A stretch of DNA of 61,549 nucleotides, counting the filler, from Hausera hauseri (taxonomy: Eukaryota), in the NCBI GenBank assembly GCA_046269625.1. It is 10 parts of 10 records of this genome, joined end to end, with 100 filler letters (N's around TTAATTAATTAA, not from the genome) between each part and the next. Parts side by side here need not be neighbours in the genome. Positions count along the whole stretch, not along the records: positions 49,909 to 54,773 come from JBJURY010410699.1; positions 54,874 to 61,549 come from JBJURY010075993.1; 8 more parts are not named here. One strand, given 5' to 3'. Numbering within the stretch: position 1 is the stretch's first letter; every line of letters starts with the position of its first letter. Below the pieces are notes generated by a model. The model made no database searches. It was not told the origin of the DNA and saw only the letters and a list, made by a program, of their open reading frames with translations. Shown here one piece after another: positions 49,909-61,549 of this stretch. The translations under genes were made by a program, and so were the position numbers.

Positions 49909-52670
49909 CCTTTTCGAGTTTATTGAACTCTGATTCAACGGCTTTTCGTCTGCGAGATGACAGTGGCCTTACCTTTTGTCTAATAGGTCCTTGGTTTTCG
50001 GTGACTATGTGGTGATAAGTTGTAGAATGCGGCTTGAAATTAATGTCCTTCTTAAGAGTGCGGAAGCAAAAAATTTTCATGAAGGATTTAAGATTGGATC
50101 CCAGCGATAAGAATGATGAGGGCATATTAGTGGAAGAGTAGGTGGCTGTAACTGATGTAGAATTACTGAACACTGTTAATAATATTCGGTTCAATCGATT
50201 GTTTCAAGATTGATTTGTTCTCACTTGATGAAATTAAAAATATTGATGAAATATTCAGCGTGTTGTTATCAGCCGATGAACAGCATGTCAAATTGGCATT
50301 TGAATGAACAGAGGAAAACAAGGTGTCCGACTGGTCGTTTGGTGAGCATTTGTTGGTATTTGCAACGGCGTTTCTAAGCAGGAGGCATTTATGCTTACAG
50401 TGCACTAACAAATTGTATGCAGCTAGGAAATCGGAGCCTATTATGGGCGATCTGATGTTGGCTATGTGAAATTTCCAGGCGAATTTCCCTGGAAAATTTG
50501 AGAATGTGAAAGACAGTTTAGTGATACCTACAATGTTCAAGGGTTGACCACAGGCAATAAAGAGTGGTGGAGAGAAAACTGTGTTAGATGTAGGAGCGAA
50601 AGACAAAGGAAAAAGTGAAAAGGCAGCTCCTGAATCGATAAGAAAGTCTGTGTGAGATGTCTTTAAATAACATTTCAGTTTTCAACATAAATACTGCAGA
50701 GGCGGAGTCGAAAAAGCCAGAAATTTGAGCGATATTACCTATACCAGAATGTGCCATGGCATCTGGTGGCATTATTAGTTTTTTGAGGATTTTTGGGAAA
50801 AATAAGAGGAATGATGAGTACAAGAAGGCGAAGATGATGGAGAAAACTAAAATTCTTTTTATAGTGTTTGCATCCTGGCACACATGATCTGGCCTTGGAT
50901 TGATACTTTGTGATAAATGCAGATTGGGTTGTCTACTGCATAACGTTCCTCATAGAATCGACAGCCTAAAAGACATTTTCTTGTGTCACTGTGGAATTTG
51001 TTATGATAAAAGCAAACTATCTTTCCATCACGAGATCTCGACCAAAAAGAGGGCCTGGAAAGGCTACGATTGAGCGAAACACGGTTTTTGTTTCCTCGAG
51101 ACACAGATAGGTCACTAAGTTGGGATGTGAGGGCAGAAATTGCCTGTTTGAGTGTGTCGAATTGCTTCTGCATCAAATGTAGTTGTTGTGAAAATAAAAT
51201 GTTATCTGTGTGTGGCGGTGTGTAAGTGTTTGCTGCAGCTACTGGTTGTGAACTATTAGATCGCAAAATGTCAAAACTTTTGTCTGCCAATAAGGCAAGC
51301 TTTTCAAGCGCCGTTGAGTCGTTTACTACAGTGAGCAGCGCTCTAATGGAAGTTGGTAAAGATGAAAGAAAATACCGGCGAAGAAGAACGGCATTGTTTG
51401 TAAGAGTGAAGCCTAAAGAGCTCAGTTGAGAGATTGCAGTTTTATGGAAATCCGATGGTTTTAATTTCCGATGGCATATTCATTAAAGTAATTTTGAATA
51501 ATGCTGTCAATGGAAGGGTCGGTGATATGCAAAACTGATTCATAAAGCATGTCATGTAGATTTGAAGAAGTGTCAGTAAGATTGTTGATTTGCTGCTTAA
51601 TATTAGCTGGAAGTAGTAGCAGCAAACTGTTCGCCGTTAAAAAGGAGTCTGTAATATGATTAGCTTTAAGCCATTGCAAATGAAATTGTAACCAGGTACG
51701 ACTAGAATTCATTTTGTCAAGAAAATATCCGTGCAAGGGAGATTTGAAGATGTAGTTGGTGTGAGGTCGGCAGGACGACGACCAGATCTGGTCTTAATGG
51801 AATTTTCGGCATAAGAGGGATCGGGGTCCGATCCGCCCCAGACGCGATAATGAAGTGCGAGGTGAGTGATGAAGTGAGCAAAAAGAGAAGAAAGTGAGTC
51901 GGACGGATGTAAAATTGAACCGTTGTATGACAGATAAAAATCAGAGGAATTGACATGGGATGAAAGAGAAGAATAAATGGTGTGTATCTTCTGTGTGTTC
52001 TGCATATGTGATATAGATGTGTTTGTTATTGTGAAAAACAAAGAACGAAAGGGGTTGAGAAATGATACCCGGGAAATGCCCTGGTACGTTGAGGATTCCG
52101 GCAACGTTGAATCCATACTGCCAAACTAATAAGCAAAACATGGAATCTCGATCTGGATAATTCCTATTCGGTTGTAGAAGGAGGTCGATATATGTTATGC
52201 CAATAATTGTGGTAGTGCAACTACCAAAATACATGAAAAAATATGAAAAAACAATGCTTGAATAGAGATAAAATCAGTGTGTCCAATCGTTTAAAGTAGA
52301 CCAAGAAAAGGATTTTTTTATTTTAATAATTGAAGATTTTGTTAATAAATTTGATTGGAGAACCTCGAATAAAACTGTTTGATCGACCGGTGCGTGATTT
52401 ACACAAGAATACAAGAAATTAAAATGTTTGCATGGTGTTATAAGGGTGGAAATAACGGTTTTACAGTTGTCAGAATAAATTATTTTATAGGTAACAGAAA
52501 TGGGGAAGTCTACATGTAGATTATGGTGCAACATTGTAAGTGTGGTATTAATATTAATACTCGATCCACCCTGAGAAGTAAATGAAAAGAAATATAGGAT
52601 GAAGATTATTATTCCATTAATATACATTCCTGTGTCACCGGATGTGTTGCAGATTGAGATAGGCAATGTT
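49909..52670 (-). mobile_element. CsRn1-like Ty3/gypsy element (family B, copy 4): membrane-protein-like leader, Ubl-GG, gag (2x CHCC), PR, start of RT
   Basis: SDFYLSYNGSIL..LALHYRVWGG|SDP (di-Gly ends at 51832); SSRTWLQFHLQWL; VCFYHNKF..RKCLLGC; FLIDSGA; PIIGSDFL. Confidence 0.9.
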
Positions 52671-52699
52671 ACAATTCAAAATCACAATGAGAGGTGGTT

Positions 52700-53020
52700 G
52701 AAAAATGTTTCACAACGTAATGTAATATATGTATTAAATGGTAATAAATAGTGATTAAAAGTAAAAAATGTATCAATAGCTTCGCTACCGGTAAACAGTT
52801 CAGCAACGATGTAGAGATGCGGATAGACGGCTCGAACTCGATCGAGCATGTATTGTGCAGCATATGTTGGTGTACTATGGCAATTATCCAACCGAATATC
52901 ATGGAATATGCGCGCTGTTATTTCCGTATATTTCGTCCACAGGTAGGGACCGTCACTCGGATTCTTACCATATCGCAGTTTCACGGAATCAACCCATACA
53001 ATTAATTCCAAACGAAGGTC
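52700..53020 (-). pseudogene. AGL: Glycogen debranching enzyme fragment
   Basis: [46 protein letters not shown]; only ~105 aa, with a small deletion. Confidence 0.88.
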
Positions 53021-54149
53021 AACAGCCGAATCTTCCGCAAGATTCGTTAAATCGATTAACTTATTAATAAAACCTGGGGCAAAATTCCGACAACAGAATT
53101 TAAGCAACATGATTTCATTTTTATTTAAAGTTTCTGGATAGAATTTACTAATCATGAACTGATTAAATAGCCCTATTGCTTCAACAGCAGTTTTGATCAG
53201 GCTTTATTGTTCCACCAAACTGGATATTTATTGGTCGTTATAATCATTTTACTACCTAGAACACCCTTCGTGAATATTTGCAATGAGAACCGAATTAATA
53301 AAACCGGCAAGTCGAAAAACCATCGTGCGCAAACTATTCTCATCGTACACCGAAATCGATTCATTCGAATTGTGTAATGGCCACAACCAAAAACTCAACA
53401 CGGACTGTGCATTAATCAAATTCAATTTCGTCAAATAATCCAAGAAATAGTCGGCGATTTCTTGTTCGTTTTCGCTATGAACAATCAACCGAACACAACG
53501 AAGGACTATTTTTCGTACTACGCTATAATCATCGTGGAGACAACGAACAAATAGAAATCAAACAATCTGAGAACCAGAATGGCTTTCAGCAGATTTAGTG
53601 ACAGTTTAATGATGAGAAGAAGATACTGAAGTGTGATTGATTATAATCAATTTCTGAATGAACTTTTATGCGGAGGGCATTTCTTTACTCCCATGATGGA
53701 CACAGAGGGTTTAGTTTTTCCTACCATCCAGCACCCAACACGTGTTCGTCAAAGCGTAAGCAATATTCATTCATCACGAGTCGATAACTTTCTGTAGTCT
53801 TGGTGTTTTCTATGCAGTAATCTCAGTACAACGTCCAGGATTGTCTTCAGTGTAGTTAGTGAAGCAGCAGCAGCGGCTCTGATTGTTGGATGCAGTCGTT
53901 TGAAACGTTTCCTTCGCTGATGTCTGGGTTTAGTATTTTTGACTGAGCTACTTTATAGGAATTAAAAGCAGTGTTTTTGGTTTAAAGGCAGCGGCATTTG
54001 CCTTTGTTTTGTTTTTTTCCCTCATTGTCTTGGTCTTATTTTGTGCTTATTGATTTGAATTGCAAGCATTTGTAAAGTATCATTGAAATGTCAACGGTGC
54101 CAGTCTTCACAGACAGATCCTATATATAAGAAAACTGCGGCCGGCTGAC

Positions 54150-54235
54150 GTTTGGTCTTAATGGGTCAGTGGCAGCACGTTGGGTTGCCACTCCAGACTC
54201 TCTCTCGACCCGGGTTCGATCCCGACCTTAACCCC
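54150..54235 (+). mobile_element. tRNA-derived SINE head or tRNA pseudogene
   Basis: Pol III A box TGGGTCAGTGG and B box GGTTCGATCCC; no clean cloverleaf. Confidence 0.55.
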
Positions 54236-54873
54236 AATTGACCACTCATTAAGTGGACAATCTTTTACATTTCTCCTTTACCTAATATGGCTAAAATGTG
54301 TCTTTGACATTTTTACTGCCAAACACAGAGCAGGGAACAGGAGAGCTTACGCTACAGCCTTTTTGCTTAGTTACACACGTTTTATTATAATGCTCAGTGT
54401 CAAGCACTTTGGAATGTTTACATCTTCAAATACAATATAGAAAATTTCACTTACATCACATGGGAAACATTTACAAAACATCACACTTCCTCTGTTATAT
54501 TGAACAAAAGTACTATTCAAAAACTTCATTTACAAGTCTGACAATTACTTTTATCTTGATTCAATATTCAAGCATTAACAACAACAATTCTATAACAAAC
54601 GTACAGAAAACATACACATCTCGTGTTGTATTTAAATCATTTGAGTAACAGAGGTTCAAACCAGTAACATGAAAACATAGAAAAAACATAGAACACGCAA
54701 ACACCACACAGAAACAAGTATCTCTGCAGACAAATGCAGAAGGCGTATCTGGAGGGCCACATGTGATTGGATTNNNNNNNNNNNNNNNNNNNNNNNNNNN
54801 NNNNNNNNNNNNNNNNNTTAATTAATTAANNNNNNNNNNNNNNNNNNNNNNNNNNNNNNNNNNNNNNNNNNNN

Positions 54874-57800
54874 CATTCTGTTTTGTTCGTGGTTTACTAT
54901 TTACACCGCCTAGAACAAAGCATTATGGCTTGATCGTGGATTCACTATTCCCACGCCCAAAAAAAGCATTCTGGCTAGATCGTGGTTTCACTATTCCCAG
55001 CCCTTATATCAAAGCAATCTGGTTTGATCCTGGTTTCACTATTCCCACCCCATGGAACAAAGCATTCTTCCATGGTCGTGGATTCTCTATTCCTACCCTA
55101 TAGAACAAAGCATTCTGGTTTGTTCGTGGTTTTACTATTCCCACCCCACAGAACGGAGCCTTCTGGCTTGATCGTGGTTTCACTATTCCCACCCCTTAGG
55201 AAAAAGCAATCTGCCTTCATCATCGTTTCACTATTCCCACCCCTTAGAACAAAGCAATCTGGCTTGATCTTGGTTTTACTATTCCCACCCCTTAGAACAA
55301 GGCAATCTGGTTTGATCTTCGTTTCACTATTCCACCACAGAGAACAAAGCCTTCTGCCTTCAACGTTGTTTCACTCTTCCCAAACTCTAGAAGAAAGCAT
55401 TCTGCCTTCATCGTGGTTTTACTATTGTTACCCCCTAAAGCAAAGCATTATAGCTTGATCGTGATTTTACTATTCCCACCCCTGAAACAAAGCATTCTGG
55501 CTTGATCGTGGATTCACTATTCCCAACCCATAGAACAAAGCATTCTGCCTTGATCATGGTTTCATTATTCCCACCCCCTGGGACAAAGCATTCTTCTTTG
55601 TTCGTCATTTTACTTTTCCCGCCCCTAAAACGAAGCATTCACGCTTGATCGTGGTTTCACTATTCCCACCCCTTTGAACAAAGCAATCTGGATTGATCGT
55701 GGTTTCACTATTCCCACCCCTTTGAAAAAAGCAATTTGGCTTGATCATGGTTTCACTATTCCCAACCCCTGGAACAAAGCATACTGTTTTGTTCGTTGTT
55801 TACTATTCACACCGCATAGAACAAAACATTATCTCATGATCGTGGATTCACTATTCCTGCGCCCTGAAAAAAATGCATTCTGGTTTGATCGTGGTTTTAC
55901 TATTCCCACCGTTTATATCAAAGCAATCTGGCTTGATCGTGGTTTCACTATTCCCACCCCATGGATCAAAGCATTCTTCCATGGTCGTGGATTCTCTATT
56001 CCCACACCCTGAAACAAGGCATTCTGCCCTGATCGTTATTTCACTATTCCCACCCCATAGAAAAAAACATTGTGGTTTGATCGTGGTTTTACTATTCCCA
56101 CCCCATAAATCAAACCATTCTGTCTTGATCGTGGTTTCGCTATTCCCACCTCTTGGTGAAAAGCAGTCTGGGTTGATCATGGTATCACTAATCACACCTT
56201 TTAGAACAAAGCAATCTGGCTTGATTGTGGTTTCACCATTCCCACCTCCTGAAACAAAGCATACTGGTTTGATCGTGGTTTTACTATTCACACCCCCTAG
56301 AACAGAACATTCTCGATTGATCGTCGATTTACTATTCCCACCCCATAAAAAAAGCATTCTGGCTTGATCGTGGTTTCACTAGTCCCGCCCCTTAGAACAA
56401 AGCAATCTCGTTGATCGTGGGTTTACTATTCCCACACCCTGAAGTAAAGCATTCTGGTTTGATCGTGGTTTTACTATTCCCACCCCATAAATCAAACCAT
56501 TCTGTCTTGATCGTGATTTACTATTCCCACCCCTAAAAAAGCATTCTGGCTTGATCGTGGTTTCACTATTCCCACCCCTTGGAACAATGTAAATTGGCTT
56601 GATCCTATTTTTACTATTCCCTCCCCTAGAAAAAAGCATTCTGCTTTGATCGTGATTTTACTATTCGCACCCCTAAAAAAGCATTCTGCCTTCTGCAATT
56701 TGGCTTGTTCGTGGTTTCACTATTCACACCGCTTTGAAAAAAGCATTCTCTTGATCGTGAATTCACTATTCCCACCGTACAGATAAAAACATTCTGGCTT
56801 GATCGTGGTTTCTCTATTTCCACCCCTAAAGCAAAGCATTTTCTCTTGATCGCGGTTTGACTATTCACACCCACTAGAACAAAGCATTCTGGCTTGATCT
56901 TGGTTTCACTATTCACAACTCCTGAAAAAGAGCATTCTGCCTTGATCGTGGTTTCTCTATTCCCACACCTTAGAAAAAGCAATCTGGCTTGATCGTGGTT
57001 TCACTATTCCCACCCCCTGGAACAAAGCATTCTGCCTTGGTTCTGGATTCTCTATTCCCACCCCTTGAAACAAAGCATTCTGCCTTGATCGTGGTTTCGC
57101 TATTCTCACAACCTGAAAAAAAGCATTCTGGCTTGATCGTTATTCACTGTTCCCACCCCTTAAAACAAAGCAGTTTGACTTGATCTTGGTTTCACTATTC
57201 CCACTCCCTGAAGCAAAGCATTCTGCCTTGATCGTGGTTTCACTATTCCCACCCTATAGAACAAAGCATTCTGGTTTGTTCGTGGTTTTACTATTCCCAC
57301 CCCAGAGAACAGAGCCTTCTGGCTTAATCGTGGTTTCACTATTACCACCCCTTAGGAAAAAGCAATCTGCCTTCATCATCATTTTACTATTCCCACCCCT
57401 TAGAACAAAGCAATCTGGCTTTGTCTTGCTTTTACTCTTCCCACCCCTTAGAACAAGGCAATCTGGTTTGATCGTCGATTCACTATTCCACCACATAGAA
57501 CAAAGCCTTCTGCCTTGAACGTTGTTTCACTATTCTTACACCCTAGAAGAAAGCATTCTGCCTTGATCGTGGTTTTACTATTCCCACCCCCAAGAGCAAA
57601 GCATTATGGCTTGATCTTGATTTTACTATTCCCACCCCTGAAACAAAGCATTCTGGCTTCATCGTGGTTTCACTATTCTTACCCCTTAGAATAAAGCAAT
57701 CTGGCTTGATCGTACTTTCAATATTCCCACCCCTTAAAACAAAGCAATCTGACTTGATCGTGAATTTTCTATTCCCAACCCGTAGAACAAAGCATTGTGC

Positions 57801-60800
57801 CTTGATCGTGGTTTCACTATTCCCACTCCCTAGGACAAAGCATTCTGGCTTGATCGTGATGGTACTATTCCCATCCCTAAGAAAAGCATTCTGGCTTGAT
57901 CGTGGTTTCACTATTCCCACCCCTTAGAACAAAGTAATCTGGCTTGACCCCAGTTTCATTCTTCCCTCCCCTAGAAAAAAGCCTTCTGCCTTGATCGTGG
58001 TTTCACTATTCCCACCCCCTAAAGCAAAGCATTATCGCTTGATCGTGATTTTACTATTCCCACCCCAAAAGCGAAGCATTCTGTCTTGATTGTGGTTTCA
58101 CTATTCCCACCTTTTTGAAGAAAGCAATCTGGATTGATCGTGATTTCACTATTCCCACCCCTTAGAACAAAGCAATTTGGCTTGATCATGCTTTTACTAT
58201 TCCCACCCCCTGGAAAAAAGCATTCTGTTTTGTTCGTGGTTTACTATTCATACCGCCTAAAACAAAGCATTATGGCATGATCGTGGATTCATTATTCCCA
58301 CGCCCTGAACAAAATGCATTCTGGCTTGATTGTGGTTTCACTATTCCCACCCATTATATCAAAGCAATCTGGCTTGACCGTGGATTCTCTATTCCCACCC
58401 TTTGAAACAAGGCATTCTGCCTTGATCGTTATTTCACTATTCCCACCCCATAGATCAAACCATTCTGGCTTAATCGTGATTTCGCTATTCCCACCCATTG
58501 GTACAAAGCAGTCTGGCTTAATCGTGGTTCCACTATTCCCACCGCCTGAAACAAAGCATTCTGGTTTGATCGTGGTTTACTATTCACACCCCCTATAACA
58601 AAGCATTCTCGATTGATCGTGGTTTCACTCTTCCAACCCCATGAAAAAAAGCATTCTGGCTGGATCGTGGATTCACTATTTCCACCCCTTAGAAAAAAGC
58701 AATCTGGCTTGATCGTGGTTTCATTATTCCACCACCTAGAACCAAGCATTCTGCCTTGAACGTTGTTTCACTACTCCCACCTCCTAGAAAAAAGCAATAT
58801 GGCTTGATCGTGGTTTCATTGTTTCCACCCCTAGAGCAAAGTATTCTATTTTGATCGTGGTTTTACTATTCACACCCCCTGAAAAAAAGCATTCTGCCTT
58901 GATCGTTGTTTCATTATTCCCAGCCCCTAGAAAAAAGCAATCTGGCTTGATCGTGGTTTCATTGTTTCCACCCCTAGAGCAAAGTATTCTATTTTGATCG
59001 TGGTTTTACTATTCACACATCCTAAAACAAAGCATTCTGGCTTGATCGTGGTTTCACTATTCCCACCCCTTAGAAGAAAGCAATCTGGCTTGATCGTGGT
59101 TTCACCATGTCCACCCCCTAAAACAACGCATTCTGGTTTGATCGTGGTTTTACTATTCACACTTCCTAGAACAAAACATTCTCGATTGATCGTGGTTTCA
59201 CTATTCCCACCCCATGAAAAAAAGCATTCTGGCTTGATCGTGGATTCACTATTCCCACCCCTTAGAAGAAAGGAATCTAGCTTGATCGTTGTTTTACTAT
59301 TCCACCCCATGGAACAAAGCATTCTGCCTTGAACGTTGTTTCATTACTCCCACCTCCTAGAACAAAGCATTCTCCCTTGATCGTTGTTTCATTATTCCCA
59401 CCCCCTAGAAAAAAGCAATCTGGCTTGATCGTGGTTTCATTATTTCCACCGCTAAAGCAAAGCATTCTCTTTTGATCGTGGTTTTACTATTCACACCCCC
59501 TGAAAAAAAGCATTCTGCTTTGATCGTGAATTCACTATTCCCACCCCATAGATCAAAGCATTCTGGCTTGATCGTGGTTTCATTATTCCCACCCCTTAGA
59601 ACAAAGCAATTTGGCTTGATCATGGTTTCACTATTCCCACCCCCTGGCACAAAGCATTCTGTTTTGTTCGTTGTTTATTATTCACACCGCATAGAACAAA
59701 GCATTATGGCATGATCGTGGATTAACTATTCCCACGCCCTAAAAAAATGCATTCTGGCTTGATCGTGGTTTCACTATTCCCACCCATTATATCAAAGCAA
59801 TCTGGTTTGATCGTGGTTTTACTATTCCCACCCCATAGATCAAAGCATTCTGGCTTGATCATGGTTTCGCTATTCCCACACCTTGGTACAAAGCAGTCTG
59901 GCTTGATCATGGTATCACTATTCCCACCCCTTAGAACAAAGCAATCTGGCTTGATCGTGGTTTTATTATTCCCACCCTCTGAAACAATGCATTCTGGTTT
60001 GATCGTGGTTTTACTATTTACACCCCCTAGAACAAAGCATTCTCGATTGATCGTGGTTTCACTATTCCCACCCCATAAAAAAAAGCATTCTGGTTTGATC
60101 GTGCATTCACTGTTCCCACCCCTTAGAAAAAAGCAATCTGGCTTGATCGTGGTTTTACTATTCCACTCCATGGAACAAAACATTCTGCCTTGAACGTTGT
60201 TTCACTACTCCCACCCCCTAGAAAAAAGGATTCTGCCTTGATCGTGGTTTTACTATTCACACCCCCTAGATCAAAGCATTATGGCTTGATCGTGGTTTCA
60301 CTATTCCCACCTTTTTGAAGAAAGCAATCTGGATTGATCGTGATTTCACTATTCCCACCCCCTGGAACAAAGCATTCTGTTTTGTTTGTGGTTTACTATT
60401 CACACCGCCTAGAACAAAGCATTAGGGCATGATCGTGGATTCACTATTCCCACGTCCTGAAAAAAAGCATTCTGGTTTGATCGTGGTTTTACTATTCTTA
60501 CGCCTTATATCAAAGCAATCTGTCTTGATCGTGGTTTCACTATTCCAACCCCATGGAACAAAGCATTCTTCCATGGTCATGGATTCTCTATTCACACCCC
60601 CTGAAACAAGGCATTCTGCCTTGATCTTGATTTCACTATTCCCACCCCCTGAAACAAAGCATTCTTATTTGATCGTGGTTTTACTATTCACACCCCCTAG
60701 AATAAAGCATTCTCGATTGATCGTGGATTCACTATTCCCACCCCATGAAAAAAAGCATTCTGGCTTGATCGTGGATTCACTATTTCCACCCCTTAGAAAA

Positions 60801-61549
60801 AAGCAATCTGGCTTAATCGTGGTTTTACTATTTTCACCCCTAATGCAAAGCATTCTCTTTTGATCGTGGTTTTACTATTGACACCCCCTAAAGCAAAGCA
60901 TTCTGGCTTGATCGTGGTTTCACTATTTCCACCCCTAAAGCAAAGCATTCTCTTTTGATCATGGTTTTACTATTGACACCCCCTAGAACAAAGCATTCTG
61001 GCTTGATCGTGGTTTCACTATTCACACCCCCTGAAAAAAAGCATTCTGCCTTGATCGTAGTTTCTCTATTCCCACACCTTAGTAGAAGCAATCTGGCTTG
61101 ATCGTGGTTTCACTATTCCCACCCAATGGAACAAAGCTTTCTGGTTTGATCTTGGTTTTACTATTCCAGCCCATAGAACAAAGCATTCTGGCTTGATCGT
61201 GGTTTTACTATTCCCACCCCTTAGAACAAAGCAATCTGGCTTGTTCATGGTATCACTATGCCCACCCCTTAGAACAAAGCAGTCTGGCTTGATCGTGGTT
61301 TCACTCTTCCCACCCCCTAGAACAAAGCATTCTGGCTTGATCGTGGTTTCACTATTCCCACCCCCTGAAAAAAAGCATTCTGGCTCGATCGTTGTTTCAC
61401 TTTTCCCACCCCTTAGAACAAAGCAATCTGTCTTGATCATCGTTTCACTCTTCCACCCCATAGAACAAATCATTCTGGCTTGATCGTGGTTTCACTATTC
61501 CTACCCCGAAGAACAAAGCATCCTGGCGCAGTGTTGGTTTCCCTATTCC
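54874..61549. repeat. 48-bp tandem satellite, ~139 monomers; consensus TTGATCGTGGTTTCACTATTCCCACCCCTTAGAACAAAGCATTCTGGC
   Basis: Head-to-tail diverged monomers fill the whole contig; 16-codon periodicity in the spurious ORFs. Confidence 0.97.

Noticed and set aside
54150-54235. Functional tRNA gene
   Set aside because: A and B boxes are present, but acceptor and anticodon stems do not form a canonical cloverleaf
54874-61549. CRISPR array, or a repetitive protein gene (many 16-aa-periodic ORFs)
   Set aside because: No unique spacers and no cas genes; ORFs occur on both strands only because the monomer is 48 bp, and they are broken by frequent indels

Overview
The window is not one locus. It is 10 contigs joined by N-runs with an artificial TTAATTAATTAA linker (1-12326, 12427-16612, 16713-25432, 25533-30326, 30427-34604, 34705-39659, 39760-43711, 43812-49808, 49909-54773, 54874-61549). 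The DNA is AT-rich, animal-like and dominated by decayed transposons. Two Ty3/gypsy families stand out. Family A (contig 5 reversed + contig 1, >15 kb) appears to have encoded one giant polyprotein: LTR-PBS, Gag(CCHC), a long helical region, a ubiquitin-like domain, a chuvirus-type glycoprotein BEFORE PR-RT-RNaseH-IN, an FN3-like type I membrane protein, and a DEDDh exonuclease. Family B (CsRn1-like, CHCC Gag; contigs 2, 3, 8, 9) has a ubiquitin-like domain ending in di-glycine (RLLGG, RIRGG, RVWGG) fused directly to Gag in all three copies whose 5' end is present. Each has a different upstream leader, which suggests host deubiquitinase-type cleavage releases Gag. Also present: an intact class I aldolase, a coiled-coil gene, decayed fragments of CBP/p300, a UBR E3 ligase, AGL, CCDC40 and a GPCR, mariner and Tigger relics, two Polinton-type PolB relics, a tRNA-derived SINE head and a 48-bp satellite. 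All assignments come from reading motifs by eye; no database searches were run.
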